DNA of 64,000 nucleotides. Source: Bacteroidales bacterium. GTDB taxonomy: Bacteria; Bacteroidota; Bacteroidia; Bacteroidales; VadinHA17. Below are positions 8,226 to 19,036 of this stretch, in pieces (the first letter of the stretch is position 1; every line of letters begins with the position of its first letter). Below the pieces are notes generated by a model. The model was not told where the DNA came from and made no database searches. It saw only the letters and a list, made by a program, of their open reading frames with translations. A program made the position numbers and the translations under genes. The stretch is taken from the NCBI GenBank assembly GCA_035360515.1, contig DAOSAY010000009.1:7674-71673 (forward strand). Reading direction: 5' to 3'.

Positions 8226-9572
8226 TTACCTGATCTTAAATTCTTCCTTGATTTTATCTACGTAGTCAAGTTTTTCCCATGCAAAGAACTTGACAGTTTT
8301 GCGATAAATTTTTTTGCCATTGTTATTTACAATAGCCGGTTTACATCCGGGCACCTTGTAATAAACTTCAACTTCTGCAGTATATGGTTCCCGCCCGAAA
8401 TGTCCATATGCTGCTGTGGGGAAAAAGACAGGATCTTTCAAACCGAACCTTTCGACAATGGCGTAGGGACGAAGGTCGAAGAGTTTTTGTATTCTCCTGG
8501 CAATCTCACCGTCGGTGAGTATGTTACCCTTTGCATTTTTCACTTTTGCTGTACCATAGGTGTTGACGTAAAGTCCAACAGGCTCAGCAATGCCTATTGC
8601 ATAGGCAACCTGGATCAATACTTTGTCGCACACACCTGCGGCAACCATATTTTTTGCGATGTGTCTTGCTGCGTAAGCTGCTGAACGGTCGACCTTCGAT
8701 GAATCTTTACCTGAGAATGCACCGCCGCCATGCGCTCCATGCCCTCCGTATGTGTCGACAATAATTTTACGTCCTGTGAGGCCTGTATCGCCGTGAGGTC
8801 CACCTATAATGAATTTTCCTGTGGGGTTTACATAAAGTTTGAAGTCGTCCCTGAAAAGCTTGCTTACCCTGTCAGGCAACTGCTTTTTAACCCTCGGGAT
8901 TAATATATTAAGAATATCATTTTTGATTTGAGTCTGCATTGCCTTTTCAGCTTCTTTCACAGCCTCTTTTGATTTATTCTTTGGCAGAACAAATTCATCG
9001 TGCTGGGTGCTTAATATTATTGTATCAATTCTGAGGGGTTCCCCGTTATCTTCATATTCAATTGTAACCTGCGATTTACTGTCGGGTCTCAGATAGGTCA
9101 TCACTTTACCCTCTTTTCTTATGGCTGCCAGTTCCTTCAGAAGCATGTGTGCCAGCTGGATACTCATTGGCATGAAATTATCCATTTCGCGGCATGCATA
9201 GCCGAACATCATACCCTGGTCGCCGGCACCCTGTTCTTCAGGCTTTTCTTTTACCACGCCCTGTCTGATATCGGGCGACTGTTCGTGTATGGTGGAGATT
9301 ACTCCGCAGGAATCACAATCGAACCGGTATTCGGCTTTGGTATAGCCTATTTCCCTTAAAACTCTTCTGACAGTTTCCTGAACATCAACCCATCCTTCAG
9401 TTCGTACTTCACCGCCACAAACAACCAGACCGGTAGTTACAAATGTTTCGCAGGCAACCTTTGAATCCGGGTCCCATTTTAAAAACTCATCAAGAAGGGC
9501 ATCGGATATCTGATCGGCTATTTTATCGGGATGACCCTCTGAAACTGATTCTGAAGTGAATAAATAACTCAT
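8226..9572 (-). CDS. metK: S-adenosylmethionine synthetase
   Basis: [31 protein letters not shown] and GGGAFSGKD motifs. Confidence 0.95.
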   Translation of the reverse strand: MSYLFTSESVSEGHPDKIADQISDALLDEFLKWDPDSKVACETFVTTGLVVCGGEVRTEGWVDVQETVRRVLREIGYTKAEYRFDCDSCGVISTIHEQSPDIRQGVVKEKPEEQGAGDQGMMFGYACREMDNFMPMSIQLAHMLLKELAAIRKEGKVMTYLRPDSKSQVTIEYEDNGEPLRIDTIILSTQHDEFVLPKNKSKEAVKEAEKAMQTQIKNDILNILIPRVKKQLPDRVSKLFRDDFKLYVNPTGKFIIGGPHGDTGLTGRKIIVDTYGGHGAHGGGAFSGKDSSKVDRSAAYAARHIAKNMVAAGVCDKVLIQVAYAIGIAEPVGLYVNTYGTAKVKNAKGNILTDGEIARRIQKLFDLRPYAIVERFGLKDPVFFPTAAYGHFGREPYTAEVEVYYKVPGCKPAIVNNNGKKIYRKTVKFFAWEKLDYVDKIKEEFKIR

Positions 9573-9744
9573 TTAGTATTTTACTTATTAAAGGTTAAAA
9601 CAAACAAGGGGAAGTTTTTGTTGACTGAAAAGCAAGGAATATTCGCATTTTAGCATTTTTTTCCGTGGTTGCAATCAGCACAAATCTTTCCACCATTTTT
9701 TGAAAGCACAAAGCAAATAAAAATATTTATGATTAGCAAAAAAA
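9573..9744 (-). promoter_or_regulatory. 172-nt metK leader; possible SAM-responsive RNA element (unverified)
   Basis: The leader is long for this compact genome. The minus-strand RNA contains GUGCUGAUUGCAACCACGGAAAAAAAUGCUAAAAUGC, loosely reminiscent of SAM-II/SAM-V A-rich ..GCUAAAA tails. I could not build a convincing fold by hand. Confidence 0.2.
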
Positions 9745-10656
9745 TTATGCAGTAAGCTTACGGAAAACTTCTTCAAGATTGCTCTCCTGCCTTATAAGAG
9801 AGAGTACGGTGAGGTTGTTATTTACTGCATATGAAAAGATATGAGGACGTATATCGGCTTTTGATTCAGCCTCAATTATAAACATATTGCTCCCTGTTCT
9901 GCTTACTGAAATTACACCGGGTATGCTGGCAAGTTCTTTTTCATCGGGTTGTCTGTCGAATTCAACTTTCACAGTCTGTATTGCCTGCATAATTCTTGAA
10001 TAAATCTTTTCTTTCGGGTCATCAGCTACTATTGTTCCCCTATCGATGATAATGATTCTGCTGCAGATAGCTTCAACTTCCTGCATTATATGTGTTGAAA
10101 TGAGCACTGTTTTTTCTTTTCCAGCTTCTTTAATGAGTGAGCGTATTTCTACTATCTGGTTGGGATCCAGTCCTGAAGTCGCTTCGTCGAGGATAAGTAT
10201 TTCAGGATTGTGGATAAGTGCATGGGCAAGTCCGACCCTTTGCCGGTAACCTTTCGACAATGAGCCTATCTTCTTGTTTTGTTCGGGAACAAGTCCGGTA
10301 AGTTCAATTATTTCATCGACGGCTTTCTGCCTCTCTTTGCCCGAAAGGTAGAATGAAGCAACAAAACCAAGATACTCTCTTACATACATCTCAGGATAAA
10401 GAGGGTTATTTTCGGGAAGATATCCGATTTTACGCCTGATTTCAGGATCGTCGCAGCCTGTTTCAATGCCGTTGAGCAGAACTCTGCCCGATGATGGTGG
10501 GATAAAGCCGGTGATAATTTTCATCATTGTTGACTTACCGGCTCCGTTAGGCCCCAGAAAACCTACTATCTCCCCTGTCTTTACCTCAAACGATAAGTTA
10601 TCAAGAGCTTTCTGGGTGCCGTAATATTTTGTAACCCTTTCAACTGTAATTGACAT
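9745..10656 (-). CDS. gldA: ABC transporter ATP-binding protein, GldA-like (gliding-associated ABC ATPase)
   Basis: Walker A GPNGAGKST, signature LSKGYRQRV, Walker B ILILDEATSGLD, and a ~300 aa ABC-2-type ATPase with a C-terminal accessory domain. The GldA assignment is from recollection of the family N-terminus and is not verified. Confidence 0.55.
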   Translation of the reverse strand: MSITVERVTKYYGTQKALDNLSFEVKTGEIVGFLGPNGAGKSTMMKIITGFIPPSSGRVLLNGIETGCDDPEIRRKIGYLPENNPLYPEMYVREYLGFVASFYLSGKERQKAVDEIIELTGLVPEQNKKIGSLSKGYRQRVGLAHALIHNPEILILDEATSGLDPNQIVEIRSLIKEAGKEKTVLISTHIMQEVEAICSRIIIIDRGTIVADDPKEKIYSRIMQAIQTVKVEFDRQPDEKELASIPGVISVSRTGSNMFIIEAESKADIRPHIFSYAVNNNLTVLSLIRQESNLEEVFRKLTA

Positions 10657-10745
10657 AAGACCCGATGGTTTTATCCTGAGCAGGGCTCTAAGATAGTTTT
10701 TAAGTATGTGTTATCAAAATGGTTTTTTATCATAGTTTTACTGAT

Positions 10746-10753
10746 TATTTTTG
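10746..10753 (+). promoter_or_regulatory. -7 promoter box (TATTTTTG) for the symporter gene
   Basis: Exact TAnnTTTG, 24 nt upstream of ATG 10778. Confidence 0.4.
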
Positions 10754-10777
10754 GATGTGTAAAAATTTTCAGAGGTT

Positions 10778-12433
10778 ATGGAAAATCAGCTTCAGATAGT
10801 AATTGTTCTCATTGCATATCTTTCCCTGCTGATTTTATGGGGTATTTATCAGGGTCGTAAGGTAAAGACGGGCAGTGATTATTCTATTGCCGGTCGCAAA
10901 CTTCCGGGCTGGGTGGCAGCTCTGTCGGAAAGGGCGACAGGTGAGTCATCGTGGGCACTTCTCGGGCTGCCTGGTGCTGCATATGCAACAGGACTGACGG
11001 AAATATGGACTGCAATTGGTTGTGTTGCTGGTATAATTACTGCCTGGGCGCTGCTGGCATGGAGACTTAGAGATGAAGCTGAGAAATATAATGTCACGAC
11101 TTTCAGCGATTATCTTGCAGCCAAACATGGTGACACTGGCCAACTGTTGAGGGTGATCAGCAGTTTAACGATAATTTTCTTTTTCTTTTTTTATGTGGGC
11201 GCCCAGTTTCTTGGAGGAGGAAAGACACTGCATACTCTTTTCGGAATAGAACCAGGATTGGGGATGCTTATTACGGCTTTGATTATCATCCCCTACACAA
11301 TATATGGTGGTTTCAGAAGTGTGGTCTATACTGATGTTATCCAGGCACTTCTGATGATTACAGCACTGGTTATAGCTCCGGTGGCTGGAATAATTTATAT
11401 TTCGAACCATCCGGAACTTTATGCCTCAGGGATAGGTGAAGCTCTAAGAAAATCGGGTGAATCATATACTTCTCTGACAGGTGTTGCAAAAGGATTTGGT
11501 GCTGGATTGCTTATTACAGGCGGCTTCAGCTGGTTTTTCGGATACCTCGGAGGATTGCCGCAACTGACAATGAGGTTTATGGCAATCCGCAACAGGGAAC
11601 AGGCAAAAAAGGGAAGAAATGTTGGTATTGTCTGGACTATTGTAGCTTACACGGGAGCATTAATGATAGGATGGATTGGTATTGCTATTTTCGGTCCCGC
11701 TGGCCTTGGTGATCCTGAATATGTGATGCCCAGCGTTATTCTTAAATTGTTCCCTCCTGTAATAGCAGCTATTCTTATTACAGGTGCCATAGCTGCAATG
11801 ATTTCAACTGCCGATTCACTACTTATTCTTTCGGCAACTGAACTTTCCGGAAGCCTTCTGAAAAAAGGAGAAAAACACCAGGACACATCACCAGCGGTGC
11901 TGAGAAAGCACCGGCTGATAACAGGAATAATAGCAGTTATTGCGCTTTTGCTCTCATATGTTTCTCCTTCAAAAATTATCTTTACTCTGGTAAGTTATGT
12001 GTGGGCAGGAATCGGATGCACTTTTTCGGTAGTTATTCTGCTTACGCTTTTCTGGAAAAGATTCCATGGGAAGGCAGCTGTTGCTACAATTGTTACCGGA
12101 ATACTTTTTACAATATTCTGGGTTAGTGGTGGGTTTGAACAGCATTACAGGGTTACGTCAGAGAAAGCTGATTTTCTTGCCAGTCAGAATATAATAAGTA
12201 ACCATGAGAAAGAGCAATTGCTTGTTCTGGAAGGCAGGAAGTTCGTCAATTCTGCCCGCCTGGCAGATAAAATAAGAGAACAAACAGGCTGGAGCAGCGA
12301 AGAAAAGAAAATTGCTGTTGTTAGTTCGGCTTTTGCGATAAAAAGTGTTCCTGCACGGCTAACGACATTTATTGCATGCCTGGTTGCTGCAGTAATTTCT
12401 GTTCTGCTGATGCCTCAACGTAAGGATAAGTAA
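10778..12433 (+). CDS. Sodium:solute symporter family (SSF) transporter
   Basis: Multi-TM protein. GRKLPGWVAALSERATGESSWALLGLPG is typical of the SSF N-terminal region. An unusual hydrophilic stretch precedes the last TM. Confidence 0.85.
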   Translation: MENQLQIVIVLIAYLSLLILWGIYQGRKVKTGSDYSIAGRKLPGWVAALSERATGESSWALLGLPGAAYATGLTEIWTAIGCVAGIITAWALLAWRLRDEAEKYNVTTFSDYLAAKHGDTGQLLRVISSLTIIFFFFFYVGAQFLGGGKTLHTLFGIEPGLGMLITALIIIPYTIYGGFRSVVYTDVIQALLMITALVIAPVAGIIYISNHPELYASGIGEALRKSGESYTSLTGVAKGFGAGLLITGGFSWFFGYLGGLPQLTMRFMAIRNREQAKKGRNVGIVWTIVAYTGALMIGWIGIAIFGPAGLGDPEYVMPSVILKLFPPVIAAILITGAIAAMISTADSLLILSATELSGSLLKKGEKHQDTSPAVLRKHRLITGIIAVIALLLSYVSPSKIIFTLVSYVWAGIGCTFSVVILLTLFWKRFHGKAAVATIVTGILFTIFWVSGGFEQHYRVTSEKADFLASQNIISNHEKEQLLVLEGRKFVNSARLADKIREQTGWSSEEKKIAVVSSAFAIKSVPARLTTFIACLVAAVISVLLMPQRKDK

Positions 12434-12434
12434 C

Positions 12435-13304
12435 TCAGTCTGACCAGCCTCCCATAAACTGGGAGCTCTTTGCATATGATGCCCTCGGGTTAACGCAAAT
12501 TACCGGTATCTTTGAACTATTTGCAATAATATACTGCTCTGAGGCCCCAAGCATGTAATCGGTAAAGGTGATATTTTTAGTCGTTACTATCAATATCAGG
12601 TCGGCATTTATTTTCTGCGCAAAATCAATCGTCTGCTGAGCAAAATCACCTTTCGGCAGGTCGTGAATTTCATATTCTATATTGTTCTGAATCAAGAATT
12701 TTATAGCAAAGTTGAGATTGATATTTGTCTTCTTTATCAGCATCTTATCGGTAGGGGTGGTTTTGATTATATGGATTTTTGAATCGAAGTATTTCCCCAT
12801 GAAGATTGCCATTTTAATCTTTTCCTTATTCTCCGACCTGAAATCCATCGGACAAACAATATTATGGTATCTTTCCCAGTCGCGCGGGGGATCCTGAACA
12901 ACAATAAAAGGCACTTTTGATTTGACAATAACTTTCAAAGCCCAGCTTCCGGTAAGTTTTTGCATCCCTTTAATCCCATGGGTGCCCATAACCACAAGGC
13001 TTACATCGCGTTTTTCTGTATCATTTACGAAAGCGCCAATGGATTTGAAAATGGTTCCCTTCTCAATATGAGAGGTAATGGGCACATTGTATTTTTTGCT
13101 GTTTTCTTCAGCTATATGCTTGAGACTTTCACTTTTAGCCTTCTCTTCGGCTGGCTTGATTTTGGGATCCACAATGTGAAGAAGACATATCTGGTTTGAA
13201 ACCATCCGGCTGATCTTCACAGCATGAGCCAGTGCATGTTCAGCAACATGCGTAAAATCCCATGGCACAACAATAAGCTTCTGATTTTGTTCCATAGTGT
13301 TCAT
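12435..13304 (-). CDS. Universal stress protein, tandem Usp domains
   Basis: Two Usp-like halves, with VVMGTHG...GS in the first and a second alpha/beta half ending PVICV. Confidence 0.75.
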   Translation of the reverse strand: MNTMEQNQKLIVVPWDFTHVAEHALAHAVKISRMVSNQICLLHIVDPKIKPAEEKAKSESLKHIAEENSKKYNVPITSHIEKGTIFKSIGAFVNDTEKRDVSLVVMGTHGIKGMQKLTGSWALKVIVKSKVPFIVVQDPPRDWERYHNIVCPMDFRSENKEKIKMAIFMGKYFDSKIHIIKTTPTDKMLIKKTNINLNFAIKFLIQNNIEYEIHDLPKGDFAQQTIDFAQKINADLILIVTTKNITFTDYMLGASEQYIIANSSKIPVICVNPRASYAKSSQFMGGWSD

Positions 13305-13512
13305 AATTAATTTTCTATCGTAAAATTACGCAGAAATCAGCAATTAATCAAACTTTACTGCAAGGGAGCTGAAAATAAATAATTCTGATTAATAAACAGA
13401 AGTAGTTTAAAAATATTTTGTAAACGCTGGAGAAAAAATATAAAATGCGGGTATTTGAGCAAAAATAATGCCAGTTTTGTTTCAAAAAGTGCAATTGTAT
13501 TTTCTGAATTGC

Positions 13513-13520
13513 TATTTTTG
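13513..13520 (+). promoter_or_regulatory. -7 promoter box (TATTTTTG) for asnS-rpoN
   Basis: Exact TAnnTTTG, 31 nt upstream of ATG 13552 and inside the over-long ORF call 13468. Confidence 0.4.
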
Positions 13521-13551
13521 GAGTCTGAATTTTAAGAGTTATATAAAACTG

Positions 13552-14940
13552 ATGAAAAGGACTAAGGTAAAAGAACTTCTTACAGGATTCCCGGTAGGTG
13601 AGGAAGTGCTTGTAAAAGGATGGGTAAGAACAAAAAGGAGCATTAAAGAAATAGTGTTTATTGCACTTAATGACGGCTCGACGATAAAAAATATTCAAAT
13701 TGTTGCCGAAGGAGTAAAATTCGGTGAGCAACTACTTAAGGATATTAATACCGGGGCTGCAATAGCTGTTAAGGGGAAGCTGGCAGAATCGAAAGGGAAA
13801 GAACAGCCTGTTGAAATTATAGCAGAAGAAATAGAGCTTTATGGTAAAGCTGACCCTGAAATATACCCTCTTCAGAAGAAGGGTCATTCTCTTGAGTTTC
13901 TCAGGGAAATAGCACACCTGCGTTTCAGAACAAATACTTTTGGTGCAATCTTCAGAATAAGGCATGCAATTGCGTTTGCAATTCATAAATATTTCAACGA
14001 CAAGGGTTTTTATTACCTGCATACACCAATAATTACAGGCAGTGACTGTGAAGGAGCCGGCGAGATGTTTCGTGTTACGACGTTAGATTTTGACAATATT
14101 CCAAGGAATCAGGAAGGTAAAGTCGATTTCAGCAAGGACTTTTTCGGGAAAGAAACAAATCTTACTGTATCCGGTCAGCTCGAAGGTGAACTTGGTGCAC
14201 TTGCACTGGGTGAAATATATACGTTTGGTCCAACGTTCAGAGCTGAAAATTCCAACACTCCGAGGCACCTTGCCGAGTTCTGGATGATTGAACCGGAAAT
14301 GGCTTTCTATGATATAAACGACAACATGGACCTGGCCGAGGATTTTCTTAAATACCTGACCAGGTATGCTCTTGAAAACTGCAGGGACGACCTCGAGTTT
14401 CTAAACAATATGTTTGATAAAGGCCTGATTGAACGCCTTGAATTTATTCTTAAAAACCCCTTTGAACGAATCACTTATACCAATGCTATCGAAATATTGA
14501 AAGCATCAGGACGTAAATGGGAGTTTCCGGTTGAGTGGGGTCGCGACCTTCAGGCAGAACATGAGAGATATCTGGTTGAAGAATACTTCAAAAGGCCTGT
14601 TATTATTACAGACTACCCAAAAGAAATCAAAGCCTTCTATATGAAACTGAATGACGACGGTAAAACCGTGAAGGCTATGGATGTTCTCTTCCCCGGTATA
14701 GGGGAGGTAATAGGAGGTTCACAGCGAGAGGAAGACTACAATAAATTACTCAATCGCATCAGAGAACTGAATATGAATGAGAAGGATCTGTGGTGGTATA
14801 TCGACACCAGAAGGTTTGGCTCAGCTCCACATAGCGGATTTGGTCTGGGGCTTGAGAGATTTCTTATTTTCCTTACTGGCATGACGAATATAAGAGATGT
14901 AATACCTTTCCCGAGAACACCAAGGAATGCTGAATTTTAA
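13552..14940 (+). CDS. asnS: Asparaginyl-tRNA synthetase
   Basis: Class II aaRS motifs [27 protein letters not shown] and GFGLGLERF. The start is set at [10 protein letters not shown]. Confidence 0.95.
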   Translation: MKRTKVKELLTGFPVGEEVLVKGWVRTKRSIKEIVFIALNDGSTIKNIQIVAEGVKFGEQLLKDINTGAAIAVKGKLAESKGKEQPVEIIAEEIELYGKADPEIYPLQKKGHSLEFLREIAHLRFRTNTFGAIFRIRHAIAFAIHKYFNDKGFYYLHTPIITGSDCEGAGEMFRVTTLDFDNIPRNQEGKVDFSKDFFGKETNLTVSGQLEGELGALALGEIYTFGPTFRAENSNTPRHLAEFWMIEPEMAFYDINDNMDLAEDFLKYLTRYALENCRDDLEFLNNMFDKGLIERLEFILKNPFERITYTNAIEILKASGRKWEFPVEWGRDLQAEHERYLVEEYFKRPVIITDYPKEIKAFYMKLNDDGKTVKAMDVLFPGIGEVIGGSQREEDYNKLLNRIRELNMNEKDLWWYIDTRRFGSAPHSGFGLGLERFLIFLTGMTNIRDVIPFPRTPRNAEF

Positions 14941-14969
14941 TCATCCGGGCAAGTAAATTTCACAGTAAG

Positions 14970-16436
14970 ATGCTAAAACAAAGGTTAGAGCAGAAACTTC
15001 TCCAGAAACTTTCACCCCAGCAGATACAGATGATAAAACTGCTGGAGATACCTACTGTTCAGATGGAGCAGAGGATAAAGAAAGAGCTTGAGGAGAACCC
15101 TGCACTGGAGGAGGGCCCTGAGGAAGATGATGAGGAAACAATAATGAAAGAACTGGAAGGGGATGATTTTGAAGACAATGAACAGGAACAGGAAGAATTT
15201 ACCCTCGATGATTATATCGACGACGACGAAGATATTCCGGAATACAGGCTGCAGGCAAAGAACTACAGCAGGGATGATGAAAAACGTCCGGAAATTCCTT
15301 TCTCAATAGGTACAACCCTGCATGAAAACCTGGCTACACAGCTCGGACTGAGGGAATTGACAGAAAAGCAAAAAACAATAGGGGAATTTATAATCGGGAA
15401 CATTGATGAAGATGGCTACCTGAGAAGAGATATTTCTAATATTGTTGATGATCTGGCATTTCTTCAGAATGTTAATGCGACGGAAAATGAAGTAAAAGAG
15501 GTTCTTGAAGTGGTGCAGGACCTTGACCCCCCGGGTGTGGGCGCCAGAAACCTCCAGGAATGCCTCATTCTTCAGATAAAAAGAAAAGACCAGTCAAATC
15601 CTTCGGTAAGACTCGCAAAGAAAATTCTTGAAGACCATTTTGAGGAGTTTACCAGAAAACACTACGACAAAATTGAGTCGAAACTTGGCGTCGGAGAAGA
15701 TGAACTTAAAAAAGCCATCGAGGAAATCATGAAGCTTAGCCCGAAACCGGGTAGTCTTATGAGTGAGTCATCTTCAGAAACCGCACAACAGATTATACCT
15801 GATTTCATACTTGAAGTTACTGACAACGGTTTTGAACTTCACCTTAATTCACGCAACCTGCCCGAATTGAGGCTTAATAAAGCCTACACTGAAATGCTCA
15901 GAAATTATACACGCGATTCGGGAAAGAAAAAAGAAATGAAGGATGCAATTATGTTTGTAAAGCAGAAAATAGATTCAGCAAAATGGTTTATAGATGCTAT
16001 AAAACAACGCCAGAACACGCTGCTGCTTACAATGAATGCAATTCTTAAATATCAGGAAGAATATTTTAAAGAAGGTGATGAAACGAAACTTAAACCCATG
16101 ATTCTTAAAGACATAGCTGAAATGACCGGACTCGATATTTCTACAGTTTCAAGGGTTGCCAGCAGCAAATATATTCAGACTCATTTTGGCATATTCCCTC
16201 TGAAATATTTCTTTTCTGAAGGTCTTCAGACCGATTCGGGCGAGGAGGTGTCAACGCGCGAGATAAAGAAAATACTTCAGGAATGTATTGAAAATGAAGA
16301 TAAAAGAAGACCTCTTACTGACGAAAAATTAACCGAGATACTTCAGCAGAAAGGTTATCAAATCGCACGTCGCACCGTTGCCAAATACAGGGAACAGTTA
16401 AATATTCCGGTTGCACGATTACGAAAGGAAATATAA
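14970..16436 (+). CDS. rpoN: RNA polymerase sigma-54 factor
   Basis: Acidic region after a Gln/Leu-rich N-terminus, an HTH, and a C-terminal RpoN box ARRTVAKYRE. Confidence 0.95.
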   Translation: MLKQRLEQKLLQKLSPQQIQMIKLLEIPTVQMEQRIKKELEENPALEEGPEEDDEETIMKELEGDDFEDNEQEQEEFTLDDYIDDDEDIPEYRLQAKNYSRDDEKRPEIPFSIGTTLHENLATQLGLRELTEKQKTIGEFIIGNIDEDGYLRRDISNIVDDLAFLQNVNATENEVKEVLEVVQDLDPPGVGARNLQECLILQIKRKDQSNPSVRLAKKILEDHFEEFTRKHYDKIESKLGVGEDELKKAIEEIMKLSPKPGSLMSESSSETAQQIIPDFILEVTDNGFELHLNSRNLPELRLNKAYTEMLRNYTRDSGKKKEMKDAIMFVKQKIDSAKWFIDAIKQRQNTLLLTMNAILKYQEEYFKEGDETKLKPMILKDIAEMTGLDISTVSRVASSKYIQTHFGIFPLKYFFSEGLQTDSGEEVSTREIKKILQECIENEDKRRPLTDEKLTEILQQKGYQIARRTVAKYREQLNIPVARLRKEI

Positions 16437-17071
16437 TGAGAGATATTTTTTCAGAAAAATTTCAACTTTACACTGCCAAAGCCATCACAATTCTTTTCCA
16501 TCCTCTTTTTATGCCAGCGTATGGCCTTCTGATAATTTTTACTGCACCTACACTGCTATTTTATCTTCCAGGTGGTATAAAAAAAATTATTCTGCTTATT
16601 TTATTGATAAACAATGTATTGCTACCGCTAGGAATGATTCTGGTTTTCAGGTACAGAAACTATATTAGTTCATGGACAATGGAAAAAAATTCCGAAAGGA
16701 TTTTTCCCCTGTTGACGGTATCAATTTTATATTTTATCACTTCATTCGTTATTATTGGACTCAGTATTCCATTGTTTATAAAAGCATATTTTGAGTCAGT
16801 ATCCATATTGTCATTGATAATCTTTTTGATCAATTTCAGATATAGAATTTCAGTTCATTCAGCTGGTGCAGGCGCACTTACTGCACTTGTAACTGTACTG
16901 TGGATAGTAATGAAAGAAAACCTTGTATGGTTTCTGGTTCCGGTTCTGCTAATTTCAGGTATGATTCTGGCGGCAAGGCTAAAGCTCAATGCTCATAACC
17001 CTCAGGAGGTCTATTCAGGGTTCCTTGTAGGATTTTCAGTTGTGTCAGCAGCAATGTTATTCCTTCAGTAA
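16436..17071 (+). CDS. Hypothetical polytopic membrane protein
   Basis: 211 aa with ~6 hydrophobic segments. The start ATG overlaps the rpoN stop (TAATG). No diagnostic motif recognised. Confidence 0.5.
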   Translation: MRDIFSEKFQLYTAKAITILFHPLFMPAYGLLIIFTAPTLLFYLPGGIKKIILLILLINNVLLPLGMILVFRYRNYISSWTMEKNSERIFPLLTVSILYFITSFVIIGLSIPLFIKAYFESVSILSLIIFLINFRYRISVHSAGAGALTALVTVLWIVMKENLVWFLVPVLLISGMILAARLKLNAHNPQEVYSGFLVGFSVVSAAMLFLQ

Positions 17072-18193
17072 TTCCTCCAGGGCAGCATTTAATAATTTCT
17101 CATTTTCCGATGCATTAAATTTCGGGAGAGTAAGATCAGGAAGTTCAAACATTGTATTAGTGCTTAAGTTTCTCTGGTTTAAGTGTATAAACCACCTTTT
17201 GCCGGAGAGGTATTCTGCCAGGTACTCCTGTTCAGGCTGACCGGGGGTGGGAATCAGTATAGCACTCCGGCCCAGGCTGAAAAGCTCCATCACTGTTGTA
17301 TATCCCGAACGGGAAATAATAATTTCACTTCTACCAACAATCTCTGCAAATTCATCTTCTGGCAGATGATTTATAATTTGAATATTGTCTTCTTTCTGTA
17401 TGATGCTTTCGGATGAGATGTTCCCCGATAGTATTACAGAGTTCTTGCCGGTTTTCAGGAGTATATCTTTAATTTTTGATGCCAGCAGCTCTTTCTGGGG
17501 TGATGGGCCCGACATTATAGCTGTGCAGTAAATATATGATATATCCTCTTCTCTTCTTGAAATATCGGTGGGTGCAAGTTTTTCAGAGGGAGAAAGAGGC
17601 TTCGGAAACCCTTGAAAACGGGAAAGGATGCCTATATACCTTGTATTTTCAGGTAGGCGGCACCAGTGGGAGAGGCGTCCCGAGAGATTTATTTCGCCCG
17701 GAAAATCGGGAATGAAACAATATGTAAACCTATTTATTACAGCACGACTCAGAGGAAGCGTAAGATTTTCAAGAAACCTGAACGGGCGGGGAAAAGGTAC
17801 TCTGATAATATGTGTAACCAGTACACTTATTATTTTCTTGTTCCATAAACCTATTCTGCTGTCGCTGATAACAATATCTGGATTATGCTTCTCAATTATT
17901 CTTTTCAGAATAAAATGTTCCCTGATGGTGTGGTAGACAAACAGCGGATAATTCAGAAGAATAATGACAAACTGGGGGAAGAAAGAAGAGTACCTGATAG
18001 TGAAACCCGGGAAATAAATGCATTCAATTCCTTTTATCTCGTTTTTAATAAGTTCATTCTGCCAGCTGTTTCCGGCAAAGACTACATGATGGTTTGTCAT
18101 TATCAGTTTTCTGATAAGTGGAATCATTCTTGTAGTATGGCCGATTCCCCATGGAAGAGGGCAGACCAGAATCTTTTTTTCTGATTTTTTCAA
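17057..18193 (-). CDS. GT-B glycosyltransferase (GT28/MurG-like C-terminal domain)
   Basis: N-terminal PLPWGIGHTTRM and C-terminal SRSGYTTVME..G..A.LIPTPGQ.EQ pattern. TTG start at 18193, with no in-frame ATG before the GxGH motif. Confidence 0.6.
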   Translation of the reverse strand: MKKSEKKILVCPLPWGIGHTTRMIPLIRKLIMTNHHVVFAGNSWQNELIKNEIKGIECIYFPGFTIRYSSFFPQFVIILLNYPLFVYHTIREHFILKRIIEKHNPDIVISDSRIGLWNKKIISVLVTHIIRVPFPRPFRFLENLTLPLSRAVINRFTYCFIPDFPGEINLSGRLSHWCRLPENTRYIGILSRFQGFPKPLSPSEKLAPTDISRREEDISYIYCTAIMSGPSPQKELLASKIKDILLKTGKNSVILSGNISSESIIQKEDNIQIINHLPEDEFAEIVGRSEIIISRSGYTTVMELFSLGRSAILIPTPGQPEQEYLAEYLSGKRWFIHLNQRNLSTNTMFELPDLTLPKFNASENEKLLNAALEELLKE

Positions 18194-18201
18194 TTTTGAT
18201 T

Positions 18202-18984
18202 CTATTCTGAAACCTGTGTTTTTATCCCAAGTTTTTCGACCATGGCAGCTATTCTGTAAAGTTCCTTTGCTGGAACTTTCATTAGCATTCCTCCTTCAGG
18301 GGTGTCTCTTGCGATAGTGTAAATCATAACTTCTTCTGGCTTAATCCTTGCAATAGCCTTTAGCCATGCGTCGATTTCTTCAGGAGTGGTATTGTCAATC
18401 ACCCTGCCGTTGTATCTGCCTCTTAGAAAAAGTGTCTGTATAATTACATGTCCTTCAAACGAAGAAAGGTTTTCAATAAGTTCTTCTACCGAAATTTTTG
18501 CCCTGGGCTGGTTATGAATTCTTATTGTCTCGTCAATGGCTGAGTCGAGTTTCAGAATATTCATATCTACCTTGAGCAGTGCAGCCTTGATTGAGGGGTT
18601 GTTTATGGTTGAGGAGTTTGAAAGAACGGCGATTTTTGCTGATGGTGCGAGACTGTTTCTTAACTCAATAGTATCATCAATTATCAAAGGAAAATCGGGG
18701 TGTAGTGTTGGTTCACCGTTGCCTGCAAAGGTTATTACATCGGCCGACTCACCTTTTTCTTTCATTTCCAGAAGTCTGGATGAGAGAGCATGGTAGACAT
18801 CTGTGCGGGCAGGAAAGGAACTGCCGCCAGGTACAGGGTGCAATGTCCATCCGCACTCACAGTATATACAGTTAAATGAGCATATTTTCCTGTTGCAAGG
18901 AAGCAGATTTATTCCAAGCGATACGCCCAGACGTCGGCTTTTAACAGGCCCGAAGACTATCTTATCGAAAAGAAACGTGGCCAT
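18202..18984 (-). CDS. Radical SAM protein
   Basis: CSFNCIYCECG is a CxxxCxxC motif, preceded by GPVKSRRLGVSLGINL. The start is set at ATG 18984 (MATFLFDK) rather than TTG 19005. Confidence 0.75.
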   Translation of the reverse strand: MATFLFDKIVFGPVKSRRLGVSLGINLLPCNRKICSFNCIYCECGWTLHPVPGGSSFPARTDVYHALSSRLLEMKEKGESADVITFAGNGEPTLHPDFPLIIDDTIELRNSLAPSAKIAVLSNSSTINNPSIKAALLKVDMNILKLDSAIDETIRIHNQPRAKISVEELIENLSSFEGHVIIQTLFLRGRYNGRVIDNTTPEEIDAWLKAIARIKPEEVMIYTIARDTPEGGMLMKVPAKELYRIAAMVEKLGIKTQVSE

Positions 18985-19036
18985 TAACAGTGAGTTTCGG
19001 CGCAAAATTAATAATTATTGGTAACAGAAGCGTTTC

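Noticed and set aside
13348-13731. 127-aa minus-strand ORF, and the N-terminal extension of asnS (13468-13551)
   Set aside because: Both lie in an AT-rich promoter region that contains a TATTTTTG -7 box. AsnRS homology begins at [10 protein letters not shown] (13552). The 127-aa product is low-complexity (Phe/Tyr/Asn/Lys-rich).
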